Positions 48,734-62,384 of a stretch of 64,000 bases of DNA are shown piece after piece (position 1 is the stretch's first letter; each line of letters starts with the position of its first letter). Under the pieces are notes generated by a model, which was not told the DNA's origin, made no database searches, and was given only the letters and a program-made list of their open reading frames with translations. The DNA comes from Mobula hypostoma (Eukaryota): NCBI RefSeq assembly GCF_963921235.1, contig NC_086097.1, positions 125,056,001 to 125,120,000 of the forward strand, read 5' to 3'. Position numbers and translations under genes: made by a program.

Positions 48734-49384
48734 TGTGGCGACCAGGCTGCAGGGACGATGGGGTGAGGTTGGCCAGTAGCCATGTCACACAGGAGGGTCC
48801 TCTCACCTGGGCCTACAAGGAAGTCTTGCAGCTGCAAACCCGAGACTGCGGTCCTGTAGCTGGGCATCTCGTCATCTGAGCTGTTGTACGGCGTACCCCT
48901 GGTCGTCCCAGGAGAGTTCATACCAGCCCCAAGGGGGCAAGAGGAAGAACCCACAGCAGTCCTGGACAGACTACGCGAAAGGCCCGGCAACCTGGCCTCC
49001 GTACCGACTTCACAGCACAGACAGATCCCGACCTGCGTACCCAAAGACCTGCAGAATTGTAAGCTTGTATTTGTACGAAGGGGCGCACACCAGTCACTGC
49101 TACAGCAGCCATACGAGGGGCCGTTCAAGGTGATCAGGAACAATGGGTCCACGTACGTTCTGGACTTTGGGGGGAAAGAGGAGGTTTTCACGGTGGACCG
49201 ACTCAAACGGGCCCATGTGGACTTGGCTCAGCCAGTCGAGGTTCAGGCACCGCGGCGCAGAGGCAGACTGATCCAGACAATGGACATTGGGGGTGTATCG
49301 CTGGTTCTGGGGGGGGGGGTTATGTGGCGACCCACTTTCTACGCAGGCGAACCAGCTCACAAAATGGTGCATGCGTCGGCAGAG
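48734..49384 (+). mobile_element. Rearranged fragment of a sister CsRn1-like Gypsy element
   Basis: 48744-48880 is the reverse complement of about 15810-15948; 48880-49322 matches 16585-17054; a partial variant LTR starts at 49323. Confidence 0.9.
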
Positions 49385-50960
49385 ATACATCCCTGATGGT
49401 AGCAATGAGAAAAGGCCATGTCCTGGGTGATGGGGGTCCATAAGGATGGATGCCACCTTTTTGAGACATCGCTCCTTGAAGACGACCTTGATGCTACAGA
49501 GCCTAGTGCCCATGATGGAGCTGATTAAGTTTGCAACTGTCTGGAGCTTATTTCGATCTCGTACAGTAGCACTCCCACCCTGCCCCTATACCAAGCGCTG
49601 ATGCAGCCAGTTAGAATACAGATTTCATACTGATGGTTTTATACAGCTGCATCCAATGAATTTGGCATCCTGTTCAGCACAGACTCGATGGACTGAAGGG
49701 CCTGTTGGTCTGCTGTACTTTCCTATCTTTCGTATGTAAAAGGGAAACCTTTTCTAAGTATTGTTCTGTTAAATCCTTTAGATAAAAACTGTGTTTGAAA
49801 TGTTTCATTGATTAAATCAAACCCAATCATAGTCCATTTCTAAACCCCATTCAAGAACAGGAAGGCCTGTACATGATTTATCACGGTGGTGTGGGGTGGA
49901 TAGAGAAAGTAATTATCCCTAACAAATCAGGGTGCTAACAACATACTTGAAGTAAAAACAAAGAAAATCTTGGATACACTCAGCAAGTCAGACAGCATCT
50001 GTAGAAAGAGTGAAAAAGTGTGAATGTTCCATCTAAAACATTTACACTACTTCTCTTTCCATAGATGCTGCCTGACCTGCTGGGTGTTTCCATAAATTCC
50101 TTTCTTATTTCACACTTACATGGTAGTAAACTGGTTAGTGCAATCACCGATCGGGGTTCGATTCCCGCCACACTCTGTGAGGAGTTTGTATGTTTCCCTG
50201 TGACTATGTGGATTTCCTCCGGGTGCTCTGGTTTCCTCCCACAGTCCAAAGATACATGTGTGGGCATCCTACATTGCTGCCAGAAGTGTGGCAATACTTG
50301 CAGGCTGCCCAGTACAATCCTCGATGATTTGATTTGATGCAGACAATGTTTTCACTGTATGTTTCAATGTTTCAATGTACATTGGACAAATAAACCTCAT
50401 GCATGAAATGCTGGAGGAACTCAGCAGGTCAACCAGCATCTATGGAAATAAATAAACAGTTGGCATTTCGGGCCAAGACCCTTCTTCAGGACTGAGAATA
50501 ATGTCTTTAATCCCTGGACTTTCAAACCTGATGAAGTACAGTTTATACACAGAAAGCTCCTACAAGACAACTTTAAAGAATGAGTATATGACTTAATTTT
50601 ACGAAGAAACTATACCTTAAAAATTTTTTTAAATTCAATTTTTGACACATTTTTATTACCAACAGTAAAAGAAGTAATAGAAATTCATAGCATTAAAGTA
50701 ATTCTACTTCTTCGGTATTTTTCATCAGTATTGCACTGAAGAGCAGATTGCTCTGCATGGACTGTAATACACATCAAGATTCAGCAATGATTTTCAGCAA
50801 TACAATCGTGTTCTCTTCAGTTATTATTTTTCCTCTCTTATAGCCAATGCTTTATGCTAGGACCAGAGTATGTCATGTTAAGATCCCCTGAGGTGCAGTG
50901 CATGCGGGCATACAATCAACTCACTCTTCATATTTTTTGAGGAAGTATCCAGACACTCAC

Positions 50961-50969
50961 GTGATGTTG
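50961..50969 (-). other. Candidate 9-nt microexon of an unidentified host gene
   Basis: Minus strand ttcttttgttccatatttgcag|CAACATCAC|gtgagt in a non-repetitive island. Confidence 0.3.
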
Positions 50970-51737
50970 CTGCAAATATGGAACAAAAGAATTTCTGTCT
51001 TCATTTTGTTTTTACCAAAAAATTCCTTTATTCATAAAACTTGCAAATGCATAACATAGTAACTTTATTTATTGCCTTATGTAACACAAAACTACGTCTA
51101 TCCAATTCGCTTCAACCCCTGAGACCAAGTCATGCTGCAGGTGGATAGTAGATCTGTGCAGAAGGCTTGGCCATGTCTATAAAGTAGCCTTTGATTCTAC
51201 ATTAAGGAGTAATTTAGAATAGCTAGTTAACCTACCCACACACCTCTTGGGTAAAAACTACAGGACTTAGACAAAACATGATTTCTGAGGTGGTGCACTC
51301 CTAGCATTTACACTGGGTTTCCTAACGCAACTTCCAGTGACCCCTGACCTTGACTGGGATTTCCTATGTCATGCCCATTGACAGCCTTGCAATCCATGTT
51401 ATTAGCTTCATTTGTCACCTGCACATTGAAACATACAGAGAAATTCATCTTTTGTGTCTGATCAAATCAGCGAGGATTGTGCTGACGGCAAGTGTCGTCA
51501 CTCTTCAAGCACCGGCCTAGCATGCAGATAGCTCACCAACCCTGACATGTCTTCAGAATGTGGGAGGAAACAGGAGCACCCAGAGGAAACCCATGTGGTC
51601 AGAGGAAGAACATACAAACGCCTTATGGATAGTGGGGAATCTAACCCAGTGTTATAGCTGGGGCTGTAAAGCAATTTTGCTAGCATTTCTGGTCTTTAAG
51701 TTATAAAGTTATTGAGTCATAGAGGCATAAAGGACAG

Positions 51738-54470
51738 TAAAGTTCAAGTTTATTGTCATCTGACTGTACATATATGCAACCAAATGAAACGGTGTTCTTC
51801 TAGACCACAGTGCACCCAGTGTAAATATATCACACGCAGCACATCAAACAAAATGGCACCACAAATAAGCTCATAAAATATAATTCAAAATGCATGTGAA
51901 GTGTGCAACACAGGTAAAGAGTAAACAGTAAACAGCTCACTGTCCTAGTGATGAGATCTCAGTGGTGGCAGGGTATTCATTACTCTCACAGCCTGGGGGA
52001 AGAAGCTGTTACACAATCCGGCAGTCCCAGTCCTGATACTTCTGTACCTTCTTCCTGACAGTAGTGGGTCAAAGAGATGGTCGGTTCCTTTGTATAGAAC
52101 GTTCCCGGTAAATGTCACAATTGGGGGAGGCGGACCCTCTCTTCTGTAGGGTCTTGTCTTGCAGCTCCTGTACCACACAATGATGCAGCCAGACAGGATA
52201 CTCTCGAGGTAGCTCCTGTAGGAAGTTGTTAGAATGGGGGCTGGGAGCCTTGCACACCTTAGTCTCCTCAGAGAGTGTAGATGCTGCTGTACCTTCTTGG
52301 CTAATGAGGAGGTGCTGCGGGTCCAGTTTAGATCACCCATTATGTGCACATTATGGAACTTTGTGCTCTTCACTCTTTCCACAGCGCAACCATTGATGTG
52401 CAATGGACAATGGTCAACATGCACCTTTCTGAAATCTCCAGTCGTCACTTGTCTTATCCACAGTGAGACCCATGTTGTTGTTCTCAAACCATCTGACAGA
52501 CCTCTCCACCTGCTCTCTGTATGCTGACTCATCATTGTTGCTGATGAGGCCAACCACCATCAGGGAAGCTGAGGAGGTTTGAGCTGGATCTGGCAGTGAA
52601 TCAGCAACATGAACAGTAGCAAGCTGAGCACACAGCCCCTGGGGGCACCAGTGCTCAGTGTGATGCAACTTGAGACGCTGCAGCTGACTTGGACTGACTG
52701 CATCTTTCCGTCAGGAAGCCCAAGATGCAGTTTCAGAGAGGGGTGCTGAGTCCCAGCGAGGACAGTTTACACACCAGCCTCTGAAGGACGATCGTGTCAA
52801 ATGTCAAGCTGAAGTTGATGAACAGCATATGACGCATCGTTTTCTAGGTGGGACAAGACAGAGTGGAGGGCCGAGGCTGTTGCATCATCAGTGGAACGTT
52901 TTGAACGGTAGGTGAACTGGAAAGGGTCCAATGTAGCTGGAAGGTGGTGTTTTATACAATCCATTATACAAGCTGCTCAAACCTCTTCAGGCCACCGGAC
53001 AGTAATCATTTAGACCTGCCACCATCACTCTCTTGGTCACTGGAATGACGGTGGCTGGCTTGAAGTCTGCAGCAACAGTGGACCAATATTAAGGATGTCC
53101 ATTAAGACCGCTGTTAACTGGGCCACACGATCCATCAGTGCTCAATCAGGTATGGTGTCTGGCCCCACAGTTTTGCATGGGTTTACTCTGATTAGGATCC
53201 TTTGTAGCCAGACTGTGAGTACTTTTGCTTTGCCTTCCTGACAGCATGTAAGAATGTGGCTCTTGCTAAACTTAGAGTCATCCTATACCCCGAACTGAAA
53301 ACATCCCTAAGCAGTGCGCAAACCTCTGCGGTCAGCCATGGCTTCTGGTTTGTCCTGGCAGTGTAGTGTTGAATCATGGTAATGTCCCCAGTGAATTTCC
53401 CTGTGAAGCCAGTCACGTATCTCACATAGTCATCAATGCTGACGTAATGTTCATGGGTAACCATCTCCCTGAATATGCTCCAGTCCATGCTTTTGAAACA
53501 GTCCTGCAGCGCTGAGGTGGCACCCTCCGGCCAGGTCCTGCTCTCCCTGTTTTGACTCGTTTAACCGGTGGTCTGTATGCAGGGATTAGCAAAATAGATA
53601 AGGTGAGGGTGGCGGGGGAATTGGAGGAATGGGACATCCTGCTAGGCTCCATGAACGTTGGGTTAGACCAGGCCTAATATATCCTCTCCTCTGGTTGTGA
53701 AGTTGACATGCTGGTAGAACTTTGGAAGGAGTGTTTTAAAGTTGTCATGATTGAAGTCACCAGCAACAGTATCAGGGTGGGTGGCTTCGAGGTTGCAAAT
53801 TGCCCCGCAAGCTCCTACAGCACTTCCCTGGCACTAGCATGGGGACGGGGGCGGGGGGGGGGGTGATGGCAGTGACCTCCCTCAGTATGTAGAAGGGCTT
53901 GTACTTCACTACTAAAAACTCCACCTGCGGTGAGCAGTGTGCCTTTGCTACCAGTTTTTATTGATGTAGACACAAAGACCTCCTCCGCGGGTCTTCCTAG
54001 AGGTCGCAGCATGTCCATCTGCCCAAAAGCAGATTAGGCCATCTCGCTGGATGGCCAAGTCTGGAGTGGTGTCCTGGAGCCATGTTCCTGTCAGGACGAG
54101 TGTGCAGCAGCCCCTCATCTCCCCTGGTTCAACCCGGTTTATATTCTAGCGATCGGACGTTAACGAGCAGAGTCGTCGGGGCCTGCAGGGATCCGCTTTA
54201 TTTCTCGCTCAAATGCCAGCTCACTTACCGCGTTTCTGCATCCTCGTGCACTGCTTCTGATGCACGGCTCCCCAGCTTGTTGTAGTGGGCTGCAGCACAG
54301 AGCGAGGACCCGCTCCACATGTTTGTTTTGGGCTGGACCTATGCAGCACCTGCTAGTGAGGTAGATTCACAGATTTTAGTGTTCTTTCCGATCAGCAGTG
54401 CTTTTCAATTATAGAAAAGATGAACAGGACAAGAAATGTCACAATTGACTGGAGCCAAAGAGGCCCTGTA
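51738..54470 (-). mobile_element. Near full-length, heavily degraded Rex1/Babar LINE (endonuclease and RT)
   Basis: AGDFNH endonuclease motif near 53745-53765; NQKPWLTAEV; TGAPRGCVLS; YRSYLESILSGCIIVWY; LSGRRYRSIRT...NSFFPQAVR; tail at 51738-51760. Confidence 0.8.
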
Positions 54471-54599
54471 CCTGTGCATGTCACTATCAAAGACCCTTCA
54501 GCCCGTCAAGTCCAGACTATCCACTTACACCCATTTACACTAGTCCTACATTAATCTACTTTTTACCTCCCCTAATTCTATCACCCACACTGTGAGAAA

Positions 54600-56235
54600 T
54601 TGACCTACCTGTTCTCGTCTACCATGAGTCTCTACAGCCAACATTCAGTACCTCATTCTCTGCACCTTCTGCTATCTCCAACACAGGATCTCCCCCACCG
54701 GCCACATTGTCCCCACCACCCCCCAAAGCTCTTGGCCTTCTACAGGGATCATTCTCTCCGCGACTCCCTTGTCCGTTCATCTCTCCCCACCGATCCCCAT
54801 CCAGATGCCTACCCCTCAACCATGCCAAAGATAAAGATGAAAGATTAGCTTTATTTGTCACATGAACATCAAAACATTGAAACATACCGTGAAGTGTGTC
54901 ACCTGCATCAAAACAGATCCTCAGAGATTGTGCTGGTCGGCCCACAGGTGTTGCCAGCTTCTGACAACAACATAGCATGCTCACAGCTCACTAACCCTAA
55001 CCTGTACGTCTTTGGAGTGTGGGGGAGAAGCAGAGCACCGAGAGGAAACCCATGAGGTCACAGGGAGAATGTACAAACTCCTTGCAGATGGTGGTGGGAA
55101 ATGAACCCCTGTTACAGTGGCACCCCTCACTGACTGGGGCTTAATTCCTGCCCCTCCCTGTAAGGAGTTTGTTCATTCTCCTTGTAAGTGTTGCACCTTC
55201 CCCTACTTCTCCCATTTCACCAATATTCAGAGTCCTAAACTCTCCTTCCTGGTAAAGCAGGACTTCACATTCGAATTCACTGCATCCAGTGAGGTCTCCT
55301 TTGGTAAGACCTGATACAGACTGTGAGATCACGTTGTTGAGCACCTCCACTCTCTCTACTGTAACACCCAGTAGCCGCCCATTTTAATTCCATTTCCCGT
55401 TCCCACACTGTCTATCCATGGCTTCCTGTACTTCCACAGTGAGGCTGGATACAGAGTAGAGGAGCAACGCTACATATTCTGTCCTGGTAGTAACAGCATT
55501 AAAGGGTGTCCCTTCAGAGCAGAGATGAGGAGAAAGTTCTTTAGCCAGAGTCTGTGCAATTCATTGCTACACTGTGCAAGTCATTGGGTATATTTAAAGC
55601 AGACGTTAAGAGTGTCAAAGGTTACTTGAAGAAGACAGGAGAATGGGGTTGAGAGAAAGAATAAATCAGTCACTATGGAATGAAGGAGCAAACTTGATGG
55701 GCCAAATGGCCTAATTCATCGTGTGGTCTCCAACCTGATAGAATTGCCATTGATTTCTGGTAACCACTCCCCTCTGTTCTCCCTGCTCCAACTCTGTTTT
55801 CCCCTATCTCCCTGGTCCCTTTCCTCCTACGCTTTCCCTGCCCCTGTCCTCACAACCTGACCTCTTCAAATACACTTTCCTCCTTCTGGTTCTCCACCTC
55901 CTCTCCTCTCCCATCCTCTCCTATCAGAATCCTTCTTCAGTCCTTTGTCTCTTCCATCCATCACCTCCCAGCTTCTCACATGATTCCCATTCCCCCCCTC
56001 ACACCGTCCTACCTTCCCCATCACCAGCCAGCTCATGCTCCTCCCCCTCTCCACTACCTTTTTATGCTGGCTTCTGCTCTCATCCTTTCTTGTCCTGATG
56101 AAGGGTCTTGGCCAGAAATACTGGCTGTTCATTCCTCTCCATAGATGCTGCCTGGCATGCTGAGTTCCTCCAGTGTTTTGTGTGTGTGTGCTGCTCCAGA
56201 TTTCCAGCATCTGCAGAATCTCTTGTGTCTCTGAC
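54600..56235 (+). mobile_element. Penelope-like element fragment (RT C-terminus, GIY-YIG, terminal repeat) interrupted by a SINE and a CR1 tail
   Basis: LLAFYRDHSLRDSLVRSSLP; FLVKQDFT; decayed hammerhead motif at 56092-56127. Confidence 0.7.
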
Positions 56236-58379
56236 CGGCATGTTTTGGAGGTGTGAGGAACCCCAGGAGGACGTGCAAACTCCACTATATACAGTATACT
56301 ACAGAGAATACAATACCATTTATTAGGTAGGAAACCTGCCATTAGACATGTACACTAACATTTTTTTTAGTACCCTCTATCTCTAGGTGCTGTAAAACTG
56401 TGCATTCCTTCTAAAACGTTGTTGCTGAAAACAAATTTTATATTATCTATTTGAACCAAAAATAAATTCAGGTAAAAAGGGAAATGAAGAAGTGTTCTGC
56501 CCAGAAACCTGATCAGAAGATTAAGAGAAAGATCAGGTGATTAACCTTTAACCACAGGGACCAGAGTTTTGTTGCTGGTTGGGGAAGAAGCAGACATTGA
56601 CTGCCCACTTATATGATTTTTGTTAGCTCTTTCCCAGTTGTGTTCATAACTCATTTGTCATTTTGTGCATTAGAGTTTCCTCAAGAAGCAGTCAGTATGC
56701 TGAATACCTGCATCAATCTGGTTTAGCTTCAGTAATGAGTCTGACTGTTATGCAAAACAGCCAATTTACAGCACACCCTATTTAGTAACTGAGACAAAGT
56801 GATCCAAACAAATTTTTTTTAAATTGGAAAGTACAACCAAATAATTTAAGATCATATTCTTTACCAGCACGGCCTTTCAAACTAACCTTAATATCTTGGA
56901 AGATTTCCACTTCAGAGTCATATGTAATTTTATGAAGAAGTTCAAAGTTCAAAATAAATTTATTAACAAAGTCCATACATACATGTCGCCAAATGCACCC
57001 TGAAGTTCATTTTCTTGCAGTAGAACAAAGAAATACAATAGAATGAATGAAGAACTTCGCACAAAACATGCACTTACGTAACACATATTACGAGCATTCA
57101 CCTTGTTAAATCACTCTAGAGTTTAAAATTAAATTCTACCAATTCTTAATTCAGCCAATTCGTATTTACCCTGCAGCCATTCTTGTGCCTTGAACAGTAA
57201 ATTGATTCTCTGGAATGCTGTGTGTGCATACTTCCTTAAAATGCACAGACTTCACCTGCAAACAGGTAAACCAAAGCCCTCTGAGACTGGGCCACAAACA
57301 CTCACATTCCTCTAAGACAAATGATTAGCCTATAATTGTTACCTGTCAAACAAGAAACAAAAGGGCTAGATTTCCTGAACCAAGAGCCAGTCGCACAGAT
57401 TTTCCCATAGGAACTTTTAAATGCTTATACCTTTATAAATGTAGGTAACCACTTATGCTAAAATCTTACCGTTAACATCTGTAGACTGTTAAATAAATAG
57501 GAACTCGGTGTGAATAGCACTTGGTGTGCCCTGACCTCCATATAAAGATGGAATGAACAATATTACTCAAAGTTATGCTAACATTATAACTGAAGCTCAT
57601 TCAGATAAAGTAGTGGACACAGCCCCGTGCATCACAGGAAAAGGCTTTCCCACCGCTGAGCATGTCTACAAGGAACACTGCCACAAGGAAGAAGCTTCCA
57701 ACATCTAGGCCATGGTCTCTTCTCACTACTACCATGGGGCAGGAGGTGCAGGAGCCTTAGGTCCCACACCACCAGGTTCAGGAACGACTATTACCTTTCG
57801 GTCATCAGGCCCCTGAACCAGCATGGATAACCTCGCTCAATAGTTCAATAGTTCCATTTAACATCAGAGAAATATATACAATATGCAACCTGAAATTCTT
57901 GTTCTTCACGGACGTCCACAAAAAGAGAAAAGTGCCCCAAAGAACGAGCGACAACAAAAACATGAGGACCCCAAAGCCCCCACTCCCCTCTCCCATGCAC
58001 AAGCAGCAGCCAAGCAATGATCCTCCCCCTACCCCTCCTACTTCAGCAAAAAGAAAGCATCAGCACCCTCCACCCACCGAGCAAGCAAGAGCAAAGCCCC
58101 CAAGAAAGACTGTGATCTGCAGCGGAACAAAAACTAATCGTTCACCCGACAATTCGACATACCACAGTCTCTCTCATGACACACACACAAAATGCTGGAG
58201 GAAGTCAGCAAGTCAGGCAGTGTCTATGGAGAGGAATAAACAATCGATATTTCTGGGAACTCCTGATAAGAGTCTCGGACCGAAACGTCGACTGCCTGAA
58301 CAGGTGAGTTCCTCCAGCATTTTGTGTGTATTGTGCGGATTTCTAGCATCTGCAGAATCTCTTGTGTCTAAAGTGTCCG

Positions 58380-59225
58380 AGTTCAAACTTCAAAGTAAGT
58401 TTATTATCGAAGAGCATATATACCACCACCCTGGGATTCATTTCCTTGCAGGCATTCACAGTAAAGCAGCAAAGTACAGTAGAATCAATGAAAAAGTACA
58501 CAAAAGCAAAGACTGACAAACTCTGCAAACACAAAAAGAAACACATAATAAGAATAATAAATAAGTCCATACTGTAAATAAAACTGAGAACACAAGTTGT
58601 AGAGTCCTTGAAAGTGAGTCTATAGGTTATGTCCAGACACCAGTTCAGTGTTGAGGTGAGTGAGAATGTTCGTGCTGGTTCAGGAGCTTGATGGTTGAGG
58701 GTAATAACTGTTCCTGAACCTGGTGGTGTCCCGTAAGGCCGCTGTGTGTCCTTCCAGCAGCGAGAAGAGAGCATGGCCTGGATGGTGGAGGGCATTGATG
58801 ATAGATGCTGCTTTCTTGCATCAGCACTCTTCGTACAAGTGCTCAAAGCTGGGCAAGGCTTTTCCTGAGCTGTATCCACTACTTCTCATAGGGGTTTCTG
58901 GTTTGGGTCATCGGTCTTCCTAAAGCAGGCGGTGGTGCTACCAGTCAGGATACTTTCCACTGTGCATCTGTAGCAGTTTGTCAAAGTTTTAGCTGGCACA
59001 CCGAGCAAACGCCTGAGGAAGTGGGGGCGTTGCTCTGCTTTCTTTGAAGTGGCATTTACCTGCTGATCCCAGGACAGACGCTCTGATAGGATAGCACCCA
59101 GGAATTTTAAGTTACTGACCCTCTTCTCCGCTGAGCCCCTAATGAACACTGGCTCAAGGACCCACAATCTCTTCCTCCTGTAGTCTATGATCGGCTCTTT
59201 GGCTTTGCTGACATTGAGTGACATC
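58380..59225 (-). mobile_element. Rex1/Babar LINE 3' fragment
   Basis: SLNVSKAKEPIIDYRR...LKFLG...SKKAEQRPHFLRRL...YRCTVESILTG. Confidence 0.8.
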
Positions 59226-62200
59226 AGTAAAGATTTTTATTCCCCATGTCTATGAAGGATGTAAGTAATAAAGTCAATTCAATTCAATTCAGTGATAATA
59301 AACCTGATTCTGATTCTCATTCACTGACTCATAAAGCACTAAGTAGGTGACATGTTCTGACAGTTTTCTGATGATTAATGGCAGACTAAATGGGTGATAC
59401 TTAACTGGATTAGGTTTGTTCTGCCTTTTGTGAACAGATCATATCTGAACAAACAAGACGTTGCAGTTAAAATTGTGCTCTGGCATTTTGTTCCAAGACC
59501 CAAACCAGCTTTGCTGGCTTTGCATCATGGGGTTTGCCAGTGTAGTGGTATTCCTATCCGAACTATTTTAAAGATAGATACAGATTAGCTTTAATTGTCA
59601 CATGAACATCGAAACATGCAGTGAACTGAGTCATTTGCATCAAATCAGATCAGTGAAGATAGTGCCAAGCAGCTCGCAAGTGTCACTACGCTCCCGGCGC
59701 CCACATAGCGCACCCACAACTTTTTAATGTAGTTGCTGGCTTAGGTATTTGAACACAGTTAACAGCTGGAAGAAAATAAACCACAGAGAGCTTGTACCCT
59801 GTCAACATCGACTGTTCTTTCTCCTCCATAGATGCTACCTGACTTGTTGAGTTCCTCCAGCATTTTCTGCGCATTACTCTGAATTTCCAATACCTTCAGA
59901 ATCCCCAGTGTTGAGAATTCTAAAGGACTGTTTCTGTGATGTGTGGTTTCAGTCTGATGCGTGTTTTTAAATGTGCATTCCGCAAATTCAAATCCTGCAT
60001 GTTCGAGACAACAATGGTAATCCCATAGCTGAAGGCCAAATGGCATTAGAGCTTGTCAATTCATCGAAGAGATACACTTTCAAAAGGCATTTAGTCTGTA
60101 CATATTTAACCTCTCAACAACACCAGAGAAATCTTGGAAAACTGAGGAAAGTTGCTGTTATTGTACCTGACGGCTATGTACAACATCAGAACATAGGCAT
60201 GCACTGGATCAAAAAGAAACATTGTGGTTTGTGATGCCTATTCCAGTGTTGACAAAATATTGTATCCAATGATAGTATCAGTCATCAGTCCTTACTCCAG
60301 ATGTTTATTGAATTTTCTCTTAATTTTACTGAAGTTATTAGCTGCCCTTGTCTCCCATGATGGTGTAAGCCAAAGTTGAATTTATTTTCATATGTACATA
60401 TAAGTGTGTGTACAGGTGGGATGGAAGCTTATTTCGCTGCAGTCCCATGGGCACATAGCAACCAGTATGCACTCATTCAGAGAGACACCCAATCAAGGAG
60501 GTTGTTACAAGGAGGTCCAGGACTGACAAGCTGACACTGGAGTTGAAAGGGGGTTGGAGATGAGTTATCCTGTATGGTAGAGGGTCAAAGGTTGGTGCTC
60601 GACAAGAGTTGTGAAGCAGATAAAATTGTGGAAGATTGTGTACCATGATAATTAACAAGGTGGGTCCTGAAAGGAATGCTGTGTGCCCAGAGTTTGGGAG
60701 GGGGTAGCATTCTGAGAATGATGGTCTCATGGAGGAGATGAGAGAGGACGTAGCTTGCAAAGTTAGTGTCTAAGGTCCAACTCAACTGTACTTGGAAGAT
60801 GGCGGTCAGCTGCTTTCTTGATCCACTGCGGTCCTCATGGGGAAGGTGCTCTTGAAAATGAATCTCATGGCTGTATTTGGTGACATATATGTACTTCGAT
60901 AATAAAACTTACTTTGAACTATGAGCTTTGGATGGGAAGCTCTGTGACTTCAATGCCAGCCATAATAAGGAAAGAGCATTGTACTTCCTAGTTGGCCTTG
61001 TCCATGATTTAGAGGGGAACTGTTGGGTGGTAATGACCCTGATCCTGTGTACCTGCCGCCCTTTTCTTTCTCAGTAACTGAAGTATGTATTTTGATGCCT
61101 TAGTCTCACCGATGATGGAACCCCGAACACTAGGTCTTGAACTCCGGTCTCATCCCCTTCAATGCCAAGGAGATTTAAATGACACTTAAATCTAGACACT
61201 TCTTAAATCCTGTCAGCGACTCTACTTCCATCATCTCAGATCCCCTCAAAACCTGTTGTCACTTACCCTAACTCTATGTCTTCTGGTTTTATTTACCTCT
61301 GATAGTGGGAAAAGTTTCCTGCAGTCTACTCTACCCCTTAAAGTTTCATATGCCTCATAACATTCCCTCTTAACAGGCCCTGAGCCTATTGGATCAATTA
61401 CCAAAAATGTGTTGATCCGCTCTAAGTAAAACACTACACGACTCCATTGCTGGTCTGACCAGGAGCTGACGTCTCTCAAAGTTTTTGCACATTAGAACTC
61501 ATTGATGGAGCTGGCGTTCAACATCCCTGGGTGCTTTCACAACTTGGGTAGCACAATTGTGTAACGATTGGCGTAACACGGCCACAGCACCATTGACCAG
61601 GGTTCAATTCTGCCGCTGTCTTTGAGGAGTTTGTACTTTCTTCCTGTGGGTCCTCCAGATACTTCCCAGATTCTAAAGACGTATGAGTTAGCAGGTTAAT
61701 TGGTTACAGGGGTGTAATTGGGTGGTACTGGCTCATTGGGCCAGAAGAGCCTGCTACAGCAGTGTAACCCTTATTAATTAAAAATTAAATATTAATTAAC
61801 CTTCTCCCCTCCAGGGAAAACAAATCTAGCCTCTCCAGTCTCTCCAGTCTCTCCATATAAATACTCCATCTCAGGCAGCATATCTGGTAAGTACTTCCAA
61901 ATGGGCCATGTGACATTCTTTAGAAGGTCAGGAAGCTAACTGGATACTCAAGTGACAGGGATATGAGTCTTATTTCAAGATACAACTCATGTTCTCGGTA
62001 TAATTCTTTTAAATGTACTTTTTCATTATTATTTGTACTTTTTATATTTGCCAAGTTTGTCTTCCTTTGCACATTAGTTGTTTGTCAGTCTTTGTGTGTA
62101 GATTTTCGTCGATTCTGTTGTTTTTCTTTGTTCTGCTGTGAATGCCTGCAAGAAAATGGATCTCAGGGTAGTACTTAGACAGAAAATTTACCTGGAACTT

Positions 62201-62384
62201 TGAACTTTGAACCCAGCCTCTGAACTATTTTTATGTGTGGTCCAGTTAAAGCTCTGGCACGGGTAACTCACAGGGAGCTACCTGTGACAACATTTGGTGG
62301 TCTCAATGCCCATTACATAACTGAGTGGGGATCAGAGCCTCTTTAGATAGAGAAGATTCTTGAGTTATATTCATTTGACAAGAT

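Noticed and set aside
57899..58516. 205-aa ORF
   Set aside because: Runs across three unrelated repeat fragments; low-complexity chance ORF.
59971..60234. 87-aa ORF in unique sequence
   Set aside because: Non-ATG start, no recognisable domain, length within chance expectation.
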